Source: Polyangiaceae bacterium
GTDB lineage: Bacteria; Myxococcota_A; Polyangia; Polyangiales; Polyangiaceae
Reading direction: 5' to 3'
Length of the DNA: 64,000 nt
Assembly (NCBI GenBank): GCA_035063585.1
Contig: JAPSGB010000015.1
Span: 33,360 to 97,359, forward strand
This document shows, piece by piece, positions 1-10,209 of the stretch. Within the stretch, counting starts at the first letter, position 1; each line of letters opens with the position of its first letter. A program made the translations under genes and the position numbers. The notes beneath the pieces were generated by a model. That model was not told the origin of the DNA. It made no database searches and saw only the letters and a list, made by a program, of their open reading frames with translations.

Positions 1-402
1 GTCGAACCGATCGACGAGCGGCGGCGCGCCGGAAAGCCGCCGCTCGGGACCATCGCGCTCCATGCCGAGCGCCGTGGCCACCAGCTCCGGCTGACGGTCG
101 AGGACGACGGTCGCGGCGTGGACCTCGCTCGCGTTCGCGAGCTCGCGGTTCGGTCGGGCGCGCTCACCCGAGAGGGCGCCAGCGTCCTTCATGATGACGA
201 GCTCCTCGCTCTGCTGTTCACGCCCGGGATCACCACCCGCGAGGGCGCAGACTTGCTGGCGGGGCGCGGCGTCGGGCTCGACTTGGCGCAACACGCGGTT
301 CGCCGCCTCGGCGGCGCGATTCAGCTCCGGCTCCGCACGGGTGGCGGCCTCCAGGCGACCATCGAGCTCCCGAGCGAGCACGGCAGCGGGAAGCTCCGCT
401 GA
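1..402 (+). CDS. cheA: CheA-like histidine kinase, C-terminal HATPase part (5' end outside window)
   Basis: Frame open from base 1: 'RRRAGKPPLGTIALHAERRG...VEDDGRGVD...LFTPGITT...LAGRGVGLD...LGG', the CheA P4 motifs. It stops right after 'ATIELP'. Confidence 0.8.
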   Translation, partial: VEPIDERRRAGKPPLGTIALHAERRGHQLRLTVEDDGRGVDLARVRELAVRSGALTREGASVLHDDELLALLFTPGITTREGADLLAGRGVGLDLAQHAVRRLGGAIQLRLRTGGGLQATIELPSEHGSGKLR

Positions 403-508
403 CCTGCACTGTCCCCGTCTTCTCAAGACACTTGCGCACGCGGGAAATGGGGTGGTCATCGTGCGTAGTGCCGGGTACCGCGTCGCTCGCCGCCGCACCC
501 TGCCGTAG

Positions 509-838
509 CTATTGTCCGGCGTCGCGTGCCCGAGTGCTGGCGGTGTGTCGAACAGACTCCTCGATCTTCACCTGACAGAGCGCCTGTTGCGCTTGAAGGC
601 GGAGCTGGAAGCCTTTCTCGATGCCACCGGCGACGCCGACGGCTACGCCGAAACCGCCTGCGATGAGAGCGCCCAGAACTGCCATGCCAAGGTCGCCCGC
701 CATGAAGCCCACTGCACCGCCGCCTATGGCGCCGAAGAGCAGACCGACGGCTGCGTAGAGGACCGCGATCGCTGTCGCCCGAGAATACAATCGCTCTGCG
801 AACTCGTAGATGACGGACGGGTCGTACTCGACGGCCAT
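509..838 (-). CDS. small membrane protein (2 predicted TM segments)
   Basis: 109 aa ORF with two hydrophobic stretches and a GGAGGG RBS upstream. Confidence 0.7.
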   Translation of the reverse strand: MAVEYDPSVIYEFAERLYSRATAIAVLYAAVGLLFGAIGGGAVGFMAGDLGMAVLGALIAGGFGVAVGVAGGIEKGFQLRLQAQQALCQVKIEESVRHTASTRARDAGQ

Positions 839-1126
839 GATCCCTCCTGGCGTCGCCGCTGGAACCGACTTGGTAGAATTCGCCTCGCCCGATGGGCTGG
901 GCTCCAGTTTGAGCGTGCGCCCGGTGCAGCGAGCCCGTCAACTCCGTTCCAACGAACGCGCGAAGCGAGCGCCGTGTCCGATCGGCAGTGAATTCGCGTT
1001 CTGTCAATCCAGATGACGCAAACAGAATGGGTAGCTCCCGACAGCAGCCCACCGCCGTCCTCCGCGGGCGTCGCTCGAACGTGGTGCGGACGGCTGCCGG
1101 CGTCGCTCGATCCGCGGCGGACGCCC

Positions 1127-2236
1127 CTACGGCCCGAGCGCGATCATGTCGTCGTAGTCGAACCCCGCGTTGCCGTGGAAGCAGCGGCGCCCGGTGAACT
1201 GCGCGGTCATCGTCGCCCACGCCGCGTTCATCGCGCCCCAGCCCTCCTCGTGGAAGGTGAGCGCCTGGTCCGCCGGGCTCGCCCCCTCGTCCTTCGCGTC
1301 CGACAGCGAGAGCACCTCGCGCTCGCCCCCCGCGTACGCGCACGCGATGTCCATCTCGCCAGTCGCCCGGCTCACCATCTGCGACGGCGAGTCAGTGTAG
1401 TTCATCAAGTAGAGGCGCTGCACCCCCGCGTCCAGGATCGCCTCCACGAACGTCTTGCCGCCGATCTCGTACGCGGCCCCGTCGTACCAGTTCGTCACGG
1501 CCGCCGCGAGCGGGACGCTCCCCGCGAGCGCCGCGTGGACGTTCGCGAGACCGGTCAAGTAGTCGGTCGTGGCCGCCGCGCGATCGGACGACCACTCCGG
1601 GAAGATGTGCGGCTCGTAGTCCACGTTGAACGCAGACAGGCAGGCCGGCTCGCTCCCCGACGGGCAGTAGGCCTGCTGGTATCCGGCTGCGGCGGCGGCG
1701 TACGTGGCGAGGTCGTCGGCGCTCGCGCGTAGCGTGTAGCCGGTGAGTCGCGCGTTGATCATGGCCTCCACGTCGATTCCGCGGCTGTGACAGTCTTCGA
1801 CGAACGTGCGAAGCCCCGCCTTATCGCTCTTCAGCATTGCGCGCGCCTCGAGGATGACGCGGTTCATCTGCTTGGCGGCGAGTTGCTGAAAGAACGCGCT
1901 GCGCGTAGCCGACCCGGTCGGCGCGCTCGCGACCGTGTGCCCATACTCGCTCGTCCACATGCCGCGAACGGCGGGTGCGGCGCCGGAGTCCTGCGCGGCG
2001 TCGACTGGCGCGTCGTGCTCGGCATCCGTCACCGTGTCCTCCGGGGCGTCCGCCGCGACATCCACCATCGCGTCAACCGTGGTTTCCGGCGCGTCCGCCA
2101 GCGCGTCCACGAGCGAGCCCGCGTCCGGCGGGCCGCCGTCGCGCGCGTCGTCGCCCGGGCCCGACGCGCAGGCACCGAGCGCGCAGGCGGCGATGAGCGA
2201 CGCGCAGAGACAAAGGAATCCTCGCATCGGTCGCAT
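1127..2236 (-). CDS. lipoprotein with probable TIM-barrel glycoside-hydrolase-like domain
   Basis: Signal peptide and lipobox (LGAC), DA-rich linker, then a globular domain with 'AFNVDYEPH' and 'LYLMNY', GH18-like motifs. Confidence 0.65.
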   Translation of the reverse strand: MRPMRGFLCLCASLIAACALGACASGPGDDARDGGPPDAGSLVDALADAPETTVDAMVDVAADAPEDTVTDAEHDAPVDAAQDSGAAPAVRGMWTSEYGHTVASAPTGSATRSAFFQQLAAKQMNRVILEARAMLKSDKAGLRTFVEDCHSRGIDVEAMINARLTGYTLRASADDLATYAAAAAGYQQAYCPSGSEPACLSAFNVDYEPHIFPEWSSDRAAATTDYLTGLANVHAALAGSVPLAAAVTNWYDGAAYEIGGKTFVEAILDAGVQRLYLMNYTDSPSQMVSRATGEMDIACAYAGGEREVLSLSDAKDEGASPADQALTFHEEGWGAMNAAWATMTAQFTGRRCFHGNAGFDYDDMIALGP

Positions 2237-2704
2237 GAATGTCCCACTGACGCCTCCCGGCCACAACTGTCGGGTCGCGTCGCGCCGCGGTCAGGGGTGC
2301 AGTGCATGCTCGATGGCCGTGTCGGCTCCACGAAGAGGGCCCCGAGCTCTACGTCGGACAGCTCGATCGTGACGGTCGCCTGAACTCGTCGGCGGGGCTG
2401 GTCGAGGTTCCTGCCGGCGCGCCGAGCTCGGTCGCGCTCGACTGCGAGAGCGACCGCTGCCGCGTGGCGGTCGGCGTCGACACGCGCGCCGCGTCGCCGG
2501 CCGCGCCGCCCACGCAAGAAGAGGCCGCCTGGCGAACCTGGGGGCCCATCGACGTCGATCAGGGGAGGACGGCGAGTTACGGCGCGCCCCGCGAACGCGC
2601 TGCCGCGCGGAGACGGCCTTCTACGCGCTCTGACGCACTCTCGCTTCTTGCGGATCAAGGGGAGTCGAGGAGCTATCCCTACCAAGAATCATATCGGCTA
2701 CCCG

Positions 2705-4063
2705 CTAGGGGGTCCTGGCGCAACGGCCCCCGAGCGCGCGGCTACGATACGACGGGTTGTAGTCGAAGCGGTACGGGGAGAGCAGGACCGACGCGATATC
2801 GTGGAAGTCGCCGCCGAGGACCACCCGGGAGGAGGCCGGCGTAGTGTGAGCACAGTCATTACACGAAACATCATAAGCATTCGCGCGCCAATCGAGCCGC
2901 CACTCCCAGACGTTACCCGCCAGGTCCTGCTGGCCCCACTTCCCTGCGCCGTTCGGCGCCGAGCCCACCGGAGCGATGTTCGTCACGCCCGTGCAGCTCC
3001 CTGAGCCATTGTAGTAGCAGCCGTAGATGGCGAGGTCCGCGTTGGCGCCGGGGTCGTTGCTCCCCCAAGGGTACTTCCGCTGCTCACTCCCGCCCGACGC
3101 CGCGTAGTGCGACTCTGCCTCGCTCGGCAAGAACCCGCCGTCCCAAATGCAGAACGCGTAGAGCTCGGACCAGCTCGCGCAGTTGATGGGACGATTCTCG
3201 TTCCCGCCGGCTGACGGCGTCCAGGTCTGATAGTCCGGATCGCACGCGAGGTTCGTGTCCCAATCGACGGTCGACTGCGCGAGCCCACTCGACCAGCTCG
3301 CGTCCCAGCCCGGTTCATTACCGCCGCCAGCCCCGCTGTTCACGAGACCCAGGCCACCGTTCAAGTGCATGTGCTTGCCAGCTCCCGCCACCGGACGCCA
3401 TCCGCCAACCCACGCCTCCACGAACTTCCGGAAACGGCCGACGGTGACCTCGTACTTGTCCAGCCGGAAATCAGCCACGGTCGCTGGGTAGTTCTTGGTC
3501 CAGTAGTCGCCCGTCGGGGGATCGGTGTAGTCCCGGTAAAATGTCCCACCCTTCACCGACAGCGAGGTGCAGCAGCTCTCGTTACCGCCCGTGCCGCAGT
3601 TCGTCCGCCCGCCGCCGTCGACCGCGCAGCTCGGCTGACTGACGCACGCGCCGGCATAGCAGCTCGGCGTCGCTCCCGCGCACGCGCTCCCGCTCTCCCA
3701 CGCCCCGCTCGACGAGCACGTCTGCGGCGTGCTCCCCGAGCACTGTTTCGCGCCGGGCGTGCACGACCCCGCGCCGCTGCTCCCCGCGGCGCCGGCCGCG
3801 CCGCCCTGGCCCCCAGCACCTCCTCCACCGCTCGTCGCGCCTGCCCCCGCGCTGCCGCCACCGCCGGTCGCGCCTGCCCCCGCGCTGCCGCCACCGCCGG
3901 TCGCGCCTGCCCCTGCGCTGCCGCCACCGCCGGTCGCGCCCGCCCCCGCGCCGCCGCCGCTGCTCGGCGTGCCGCCTTCATTCGACGACCCGGAACAGCC
4001 GCCGGCCGCCGCCAGCATCCCGAGCGCGCCGATCACCGCCAGCCACTGTCCCCGAATTTTCAT
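2705..4063 (-). CDS. FGE-sulfatase (SUMF1/EgtB/PvdO, C-type lectin fold) domain lipoprotein; candidate DGR target 1
   Basis: Lipobox AGGC, Gly-rich linker, one Cys-rich repeat, then 'FRLDKYEVT', 'LPSEAE', 'YPWG', 'DLAGNVWEW', 'RVVLGG', 'GGRCAR'. Confidence 0.9.
   Translation of the reverse strand: MKIRGQWLAVIGALGMLAAAGGCSGSSNEGGTPSSGGGAGAGATGGGGSAGAGATGGGGSAGAGATGGGGSAGAGATSGGGGAGGQGGAAGAAGSSGAGSCTPGAKQCSGSTPQTCSSSGAWESGSACAGATPSCYAGACVSQPSCAVDGGGRTNCGTGGNESCCTSLSVKGGTFYRDYTDPPTGDYWTKNYPATVADFRLDKYEVTVGRFRKFVEAWVGGWRPVAGAGKHMHLNGGLGLVNSGAGGGNEPGWDASWSSGLAQSTVDWDTNLACDPDYQTWTPSAGGNENRPINCASWSELYAFCIWDGGFLPSEAESHYAASGGSEQRKYPWGSNDPGANADLAIYGCYYNGSGSCTGVTNIAPVGSAPNGAGKWGQQDLAGNVWEWRLDWRANAYDVSCNDCAHTTPASSRVVLGGDFHDIASVLLSPYRFDYNPSYRSRALGGRCARTP
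3833..3962 (-). repeat. 33-bp coding tandem repeat (GGGGSAGAGAT, ~4 units)
   Basis: Repeated gtcgcgcctgcccccgcgctgccgccaccgccg units within the linker. Confidence 0.85.
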
Positions 4064-4494
4064 CGCCGCTACTCCTGCGAGGCCGGTCGCCCCGTAACGT
4101 CGATGAGGAAGAGCGCCGGCGGCACCGGGCCGCGGAGCTTCCTCTCACCCGCTCCACGGCGCGATGCTAGCCGGATTCGAGGAGCCTAGCTCGGAAATGT
4201 CCGCGCGCTGGGGCGGCGGGTGACCGGATGACGTGACGGGCGGCGCGAGGAGACGCGGAGCTCAGGGGAGCGTGGAGTGGCGGGGGCGGTCCCGCGCGTT
4301 CCAGCGTGACGGAGCGACGGCCGTGACGGAGCGACGTGAGCTGCCGACAGATGCCGAAAGCCCCGACGGGACACCGCTGCCCCGGTCGCCCGTAGGCGAG
4401 CTAGCGAACGACAATTACATCTCCCCGTCGACGACAACTAGATCGCCCCATCCTGGGCTACGCGCCGTCGCGTGCTCCATGATAGCGTTGCCCC

Positions 4495-6009
4495 ATGCGG
4501 GGCGGCTATCGGGCCTGGTCGGTCGCGGCGTTGATCGCCGTGGTGGGGATCGGATGCGACGGGGGAGACACGGTCAAGCGGCGCGGACAGCTCGCCGACG
4601 CCTCGACGTACGAGGCCTCGGTGGACGGCGCCTCGGAGGAGGACGGCTCGCCAGACGCCGCCCCGGCGGACGCGGCCTTGCCCGATGGCGCCGCCCCGGC
4701 GGACGCGGCCTTGCCCGATGGCGCCGCCCCGGCGGACGCCGCCTTGCCCGATGGCGGCGCCCCGGCGGACGCCGCCTTGCCCGATGGCGCCGCCCCGGCG
4801 GACGCCACCTTGCCCGATGGCGGCGCCCCGGCGGACGCCGCCTTGCCCGATGGCGGCGCCCCGGCGGACGCCGCCTTGCCCGATGGCGGCGCAGACGCGG
4901 GGGTCGTGAGCTGTCCGGATGGGTTCGCCGATTGCGACGCGGATCCGACGACGTGCGAGACGGACGTCCGCGCCGATGCGCTGAACTGCGGCCGCTGCGG
5001 GCGGGCGTGTGGTGGCACGGCCGCGTGCGCCAACCGTCTCTGCGCTGCGACGACGATCCTCGACCCTTCGCCCGTGTACGGCAATTGGTGCGCCTGGGCG
5101 TTCACCAGCACCGAGGCCTACATGATCAACTGCTGGGGGAACAACGTGCTATCCGAGGTGCGCAGCGCGCCGCTCGAGCCCGGCGCCAACGTCGCCGGCA
5201 CCCGCATCCAAGCCTGGACCAACGTGAGCGTCGTAGCGTTGCGCGGCATCTTCGTCGAAGGCTCCCAGGTCTACTTCGGGCTCGAGGCGAACCCCAGCCA
5301 CATCTGGACATTCCCTGTGGGCTCGGATGGTCCCGAGGACGTCACCTCTGCGATGTCGTTCCCGAACGGCGAGCGCTTCGACAGCCTCCAGCACATCGGG
5401 GGCGCCTACTACTATATCCACAATACGACGACCGCAGCGGGGACGTTCGCGCCCGCCACCATCAAGCGTCGCGGCGACGCGGACGCCGGTCCGACCGTGC
5501 TGGTCTCGAACCTCGGGCCGAGCGGCAGCTTGCAGGTGACGGGCACTCATCTCTGGTGGGTGGAGCGCCACGCCGCCGCCAGCACCTCTCAGGCCATCTA
5601 TCGCGCGCCGCTGGCGGGAGGTGCGGCGGAGCTCGTCGGATCCGCCGGCACGGGCACCTACCTGCACCGGCAGGACGACTACATGTACTGGACGGACAAC
5701 TCCGGCTCGCCCAACGGGCGGATCCGGCGCGCGCAGCACACGGCCGCTGGCGTACCCGTCGTCACCGACGTGGTGACCGGGCTCAACGGCCCCGACGGAT
5801 TCGTGACCGACGCGACCTACGCGTACTTCAAGCAGCACGACGACGCGCTCTATCGCGTCCCGCTCGCAGGCGGCGTTCCCGAGCAGCTCTCCCCGCCCGT
5901 GCCTGCGCACGACACGCAGTCCCCGATGGTCCTCCACGTCGACGACCAGTACGTCTATTTCGCGGCCGGGGGTTTCGGGACGTCTGTCGTCATGCGCGTG
6001 GCCAAGTAG
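4495..6009 (+). CDS. surface lipoprotein with repeat linker, Cys-rich module and beta-propeller-like C-terminus
   Basis: Lipobox IGC, 'CPDGFADCD...NCGRCGRAC' module, and repeated 'YWTD/YF' blade-like motifs. Confidence 0.8.
   Translation: MRGGYRAWSVAALIAVVGIGCDGGDTVKRRGQLADASTYEASVDGASEEDGSPDAAPADAALPDGAAPADAALPDGAAPADAALPDGGAPADAALPDGAAPADATLPDGGAPADAALPDGGAPADAALPDGGADAGVVSCPDGFADCDADPTTCETDVRADALNCGRCGRACGGTAACANRLCAATTILDPSPVYGNWCAWAFTSTEAYMINCWGNNVLSEVRSAPLEPGANVAGTRIQAWTNVSVVALRGIFVEGSQVYFGLEANPSHIWTFPVGSDGPEDVTSAMSFPNGERFDSLQHIGGAYYYIHNTTTAAGTFAPATIKRRGDADAGPTVLVSNLGPSGSLQVTGTHLWWVERHAAASTSQAIYRAPLAGGAAELVGSAGTGTYLHRQDDYMYWTDNSGSPNGRIRRAQHTAAGVPVVTDVVTGLNGPDGFVTDATYAYFKQHDDALYRVPLAGGVPEQLSPPVPAHDTQSPMVLHVDDQYVYFAAGGFGTSVVMRVAK
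4657..4887 (+). repeat. 33-bp coding tandem repeat x7 (xAPADAALPDG)
   Basis: Seven near-identical gccccggcggacgccgccttgcccgatggc units. Confidence 0.9.
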
Positions 6010-6339
6010 CGGCGGGCGGCCGGCGGCGACGAGCGTGCGCGCGCAGCGCCGCGAGCGCGAACACCCGCCGCACGCTGCGCTCGACGAGCCGCGCGGCCTT
6101 CCGGTCCGCGACCGTCTCGCTGCTCAGCACCTCGAACGCCAAGTGCGCGAGCTGCAGGGCGCCCGTCTCGGCGTCCGGTGCGGATGGGTAGATGCTCCCG
6201 TCGGGCGCCATGTCGCCCGTCTCCGAGGTGCGCGTGAGCGTGCCGCTCACCGCGTCGAAGTCTGCGGGCCGATACGCGTTCAGCGACGCAGAGAGCTTCC
6301 CTCCGCTTCAAGCTGCCCACGATACTGCCCGGTGCTCAC

Positions 6340-6445
6340 ATTCGACAGCTTCCTCGAGCGTGCGGAGGTTGTCGCGCACGATCTGGAAGAGCGCGCTCCG
6401 CAGCGGCCCTTCGCGTCGCCGGGGCTCGAAGAGCAGCCGCTACTC
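6340..6445 (-). mobile_element. IS91-like transposase N-terminal remnant
   Basis: Reads 'PRRREGPLRSALFQIVRDNLRTLEEAVE', similar to the N-terminus of IS91-family (Y2) transposases. Confidence 0.45.
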
Positions 6446-6619
6446 CCGCCACTCCACCCGATCTGACAGGGCTGAGGCACGCACGCCAGCATACCGTACC
6501 GTATGGAAGCGTGGTGGAGGCACCGACGCGCTGAGCCAGGTGAAGAGCGAGAGGCACCCCAAGAATGCGCAGATACCGAGCCCCGAACACCTGCAGCTGC
6601 TCTAGGTATTCTGACGTAG

Positions 6620-7010
6620 TCCGTACTGCTCCTCGGTGCCGAAGCGCAAAATCCCCTTCAACCCGATCGACTGGTGCGCGCCGAGCCTCACGGCGCACGA
6701 CCCATCGAGCGCGCCGACCCCCTGCATCACGCGCGCGGGCGCACGCGGACAGTCCGATCCCGCCGTAGGCCTGCGGGACGATCATCCCGACCAGGCCGAG
6801 CTGCTTCATCCCGTCGAGCACGTGCTCCGGGAGCCTCCCCTCGCGATCGATGCGCGCCGCGTCGCCCTCGGCGTCGAAGAACTTGCGGGCGTCGTCAACG
6901 ATGCCGTGCGCGTTGTAGCGCTCGTCCGCGCTCAGCTCCGGGTATGGGAAGACTAGCTCCTCGGCGATGATGCCGTGGAAGAGCGAGTTCATGAAGCTCT
7001 GCTCGGTCGT
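6620..7010 (-). pseudogene. acyl-CoA dehydrogenase N-terminal fragment (frameshifted, truncated)
   Basis: 'SFMNSLFHG...VFPYP...LGLVGMIVPQAYGGIGLS', then a frameshift to 'LGAHQSIGLKGILRFGTEEQ'. The rest is absent. Confidence 0.8.
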
Positions 7011-7326
7011 GGTGCGCCCGTCGTCCCGCGCGCGGCACGCGGAGGGAAAGCGGGATTCGCCCCGACCAGCGGGTCGGCTCCGCACGAACCCTCGGGACGC
7101 CTGGGCAGCCTCGCCGCTCCGAGCGACTGGCAGCGCCCCTTCGAGCACGCGTGGCCTGTCTCCGCCGCGCGGCCGATCGCGAACTGAGCTTTGGACGGCC
7201 GCTTGCGCTCGTTGAACGTTCGCGCGACGAGCGGGCACGGAGGGGCGAAGACGACGCTGCGACGTCTCGGTGCGCGCGCTGCCCGCGCCGGCCCGCAGCG
7301 CGCCCCGACCGCTCGGAGGATCCACC

Positions 7327-9339
7327 ATGCGCGCGCGTGCGCTCGCCAACCCCTTGCTCGCTCTCGCGCTCGCGCTCACGACCACCTCACGCGTCCTGCG
7401 GGCGGAGGATGCGCCTCTCGAGAACGACGACTATGGCGCGACGGCCACCGTCGAAGCTCCGCGGCACGAGCCCACCCGACGGACGCTCGAGGGGGACGAG
7501 CTCGTGACGATCCCCGGCACGCGCGGGGATGCGCTGCGAGCCATCGAGGTGCTTCCGGGGGTCGGGCGCACGTCGATGAGCTGGGGCGCGCCGATCCTCC
7601 GCGGAGCGGGGCCAGACGAGTCGCAAGTCTTCATCGCCGACGTGCCCGTCCCAATGCTGTTCCACTTCGGCGGTGTGACGAGCGTGTTCGCGAGCCGGCT
7701 GCTCGACCGCGTGGACGTGTACCCCAGCAATTTCTCCGCACGTTTCGGCCGCGCGACCGGCGGCGTCATCGACGCGCACGTGCGCGAGCTCCGCCCCGAT
7801 CGCCTGCACGGCGTCGCCGAGGTCTCGGTCGTCGACTCGTCGGTGCTCGCGATGGCGCCGCTGGGCTCGCGCGCGGGTGTCGCCCTGGGCGCGCGGCGCA
7901 GCAACCTCGACTTCGTCTTCGAGAAGCTCGTGCCGGATGGGACGTACTCGGTCGTCGCTGCGCCCGTCTACTACGATTACCAGGCGGTGACTGACGTCCG
8001 CGTCGACGATCGGAGCCACCTCCGCGTGCTCGTCTTCGGCGGCCACGATTCGCTGCGACTGCTCTTCTCGCAGCCGTCGCGGCTCGACCCGGGCCTGAGC
8101 GGGCGACTCGAGGCGGACGTCGCGTTCCAGCGCGTTCAGGCGAGGCTCGACACGAAGGTCGCGCGCGGCCTCTCGCAGAGCGTGTCGCTGACATACGGGC
8201 GCTCGGCGATGGGCCAAGTGATCGCGAGCACGTCGCAGCAGTTCACCGCCCATGAGCTCTACGCGCGCGCGACCTGGAGCGCGCACCCCTCGTCGCGCGG
8301 GTCGATCGAGGGAGGGCTCGACCTCGCGGGGCAGCTTCTCGACGGCAGCTACGACGGACCGCGCCCGACGGCCGGAGAGGGGGCGCCCTACGGCGACGAC
8401 CCGCTCGTAACCCAGCGACGGGCGCGGCTCGCCGGGCAGGTTGGCACCTCGAGCCCAGCGGTCTTCGTCGAGAGCGTGCTCGAGCCGTGGGACGGCACGC
8501 GGATCGTCCCCGGGCTGCGCGTAGACTTCTTCTCGCAGCTTCGGCGCGCGAGCGTCAATCCGCGCGTCTCGTCGCGCGTCGAGGTCGCCGCGGGCACGGT
8601 GCTGCTCGGCGGGCTCGGGCTCTACGCGCAGGCGCCGGACTACTGGAAGGCGCTGCCCGGCCTCGGTAACCCGACTCTGGCCCCGCAACGCGCGGTGCAC
8701 GCGACGCTCGGCGTCGAGCGACGGTGGGCGAGCGGGTTCGAAGCGGGTGTCGCGGGCTTCTACAAGCACCTCTACGACCGCGTCGTCGAGACCTCGGACC
8801 GAGCACCTCCGTACTTCGTGAACGCCGGAGTCGGTCGCGTGTACGGGGCCGAGCTCTCGCTCCGCGCGAAGCCCGACTCGCGCACGAGCGTGTTCGTCGC
8901 CTACACCCTCTCGCGCAGCGAGCGGCGCGACCGGAGCGACCCGTGGCGGCCGTACGATCACGATCAGCCGCACATGCTCTCGATCGCGGCGAGCCGCGCG
9001 CTCGGCCGTGGTTGGGAGGTCGGCGCGCGCTTCCGGCTCGTGAGCGGCGACCCCCTGACGCCGGTGGTCGGGTCGGTCTTCGATGGTACGACGGGCGTAT
9101 ACCGCCCCGTCTACGGTGGCATCGATTCCGCGCGCAACCCGACGTTCCACCAGCTCGACGTGCGTGTGGAGAAGCGCTGGCAGCTCGGCGTCGTGACGCT
9201 CGCGACGTACCTCGAAGTGCTCAACGCGTACGACGCGAAGAACGCCGAGGGGCTGCGATACAGCTACGACTACGCGCGCAGCGAGCCCGTCGTGGGGATG
9301 CCCATCCTGCCGAACCTCGGCGTGAGGGGGGAGCTGTGA
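7327..9339 (+). CDS. TonB-dependent receptor (myxobacterial type)
   Basis: Signal peptide, plug 'IPGTRGDALRAIEVLPGV...PILRGA', barrel motifs, and C-terminal 'PILPNLGVRGEL'. Confidence 0.9.
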   Translation: MRARALANPLLALALALTTTSRVLRAEDAPLENDDYGATATVEAPRHEPTRRTLEGDELVTIPGTRGDALRAIEVLPGVGRTSMSWGAPILRGAGPDESQVFIADVPVPMLFHFGGVTSVFASRLLDRVDVYPSNFSARFGRATGGVIDAHVRELRPDRLHGVAEVSVVDSSVLAMAPLGSRAGVALGARRSNLDFVFEKLVPDGTYSVVAAPVYYDYQAVTDVRVDDRSHLRVLVFGGHDSLRLLFSQPSRLDPGLSGRLEADVAFQRVQARLDTKVARGLSQSVSLTYGRSAMGQVIASTSQQFTAHELYARATWSAHPSSRGSIEGGLDLAGQLLDGSYDGPRPTAGEGAPYGDDPLVTQRRARLAGQVGTSSPAVFVESVLEPWDGTRIVPGLRVDFFSQLRRASVNPRVSSRVEVAAGTVLLGGLGLYAQAPDYWKALPGLGNPTLAPQRAVHATLGVERRWASGFEAGVAGFYKHLYDRVVETSDRAPPYFVNAGVGRVYGAELSLRAKPDSRTSVFVAYTLSRSERRDRSDPWRPYDHDQPHMLSIAASRALGRGWEVGARFRLVSGDPLTPVVGSVFDGTTGVYRPVYGGIDSARNPTFHQLDVRVEKRWQLGVVTLATYLEVLNAYDAKNAEGLRYSYDYARSEPVVGMPILPNLGVRGEL

Positions 9340-10196
9340 CGAAGGTCGTCGTCGCATCGCTGTGTCTCGCCGCGTGCACCGAGCCGCTCGGGCACGTCGA
9401 GCGGATCGAGGGGCCGCGCGTGCTCGCGGCGCGCGCCGAGACCGACGCCGACCCCGAACGAGCCACCCCGCGTCCGGGCGAGCCCGCGCGCGTCCGTTGG
9501 CTCGTTGCCGATCCGGACGGCACGACTCCGCGCGGCAGTCTCTTCGACGTGTGCGTCGTCGAGGCCGGTGCGGCGGCGGTCCCCGTCTGCGCCACGCCGC
9601 CATTCGCCTCGAACACCTCGTCGCCCACCGCTACGGAGCCGGAGCTTCGCTTCACCGTGCCCAACGCCGCGACGCTCGGCCAGGCGACGCGGCTCGCGCT
9701 CCTGGGGGTCGTGTGCGCGGGGGGCGAGGCGACACGCGCCGGCGACCGCTACGCGTGCGCCGGCGCGACCGACACGACACGCGTGAGCTTCGACGTGCTC
9801 ATCGGCGCCGACGCGTTCGAGAACCGCAACCCGGACCTCTCGGGCACGACGTGGACGCTCGACGGCCGCGCGTGGGGCGCGGGAGCCTGCGGCGGTGACG
9901 CGCCGAGCGTCGTCGCCGGCGGCTCTCACGCGGTCGCGATCGATCTCGGGGCGGCCGCGCGCGAGACGATCAACGACGGGCGTGAGGAGCTGCTCGTCGC
10001 GCACTTCGTGACCGGCGGCGAGCTCGCGCGTCCGTACTCGGCGGTCGCGCCGACCGAGCCGCCACGGGTCCAGCTCGGCTGGGACGCGCCGAGCGCCGAC
10101 GCCGACGGAGCGCGGGAGGTGCGCCTGTACGCGGTCGTGCGCGATGGACGAGGCGGAGTGAGCTGGGACATGCGCCGCGTCTGCGTGACGCGCTGA
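9336..10196 (+). CDS. lipoprotein associated with the TonB-dependent receptor
   Basis: GTG start overlapping the receptor stop, lipobox LAAC, 'PRVLAARAE' and C-terminal 'VVRDGRGGVSW'. Confidence 0.8.
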   Translation: MTKVVVASLCLAACTEPLGHVERIEGPRVLAARAETDADPERATPRPGEPARVRWLVADPDGTTPRGSLFDVCVVEAGAAAVPVCATPPFASNTSSPTATEPELRFTVPNAATLGQATRLALLGVVCAGGEATRAGDRYACAGATDTTRVSFDVLIGADAFENRNPDLSGTTWTLDGRAWGAGACGGDAPSVVAGGSHAVAIDLGAAARETINDGREELLVAHFVTGGELARPYSAVAPTEPPRVQLGWDAPSADADGAREVRLYAVVRDGRGGVSWDMRRVCVTR

Positions 10197-10209
10197 AGGG
10201 AGACTCGCG

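Noticed and set aside
2300..2640. Possible gene fragment on the + strand
   Set aside because: Coding-like patch with no start, family motif or clear boundaries. The same applies to 5990-6320, 17680-18150, 28850-29135 and 41570-41730.
2705..4063. True formylglycine-generating enzyme activity
   Set aside because: The catalytic Cys pair of FGE in the RxxRGGS segment is absent and no sulfatase is adjacent. A binding-domain role fits better.
4064..4494. Riboswitch or intron fragment in the divergent intergenic region
   Set aside because: Only short hairpins and a gtgacggagcgacg duplication, with no recognisable consensus.
7010..7326. Cobalamin riboswitch upstream of the TonB-dependent receptor
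   Set aside because: No B12 box or GCCACTG/GGGAAG core motifs found.
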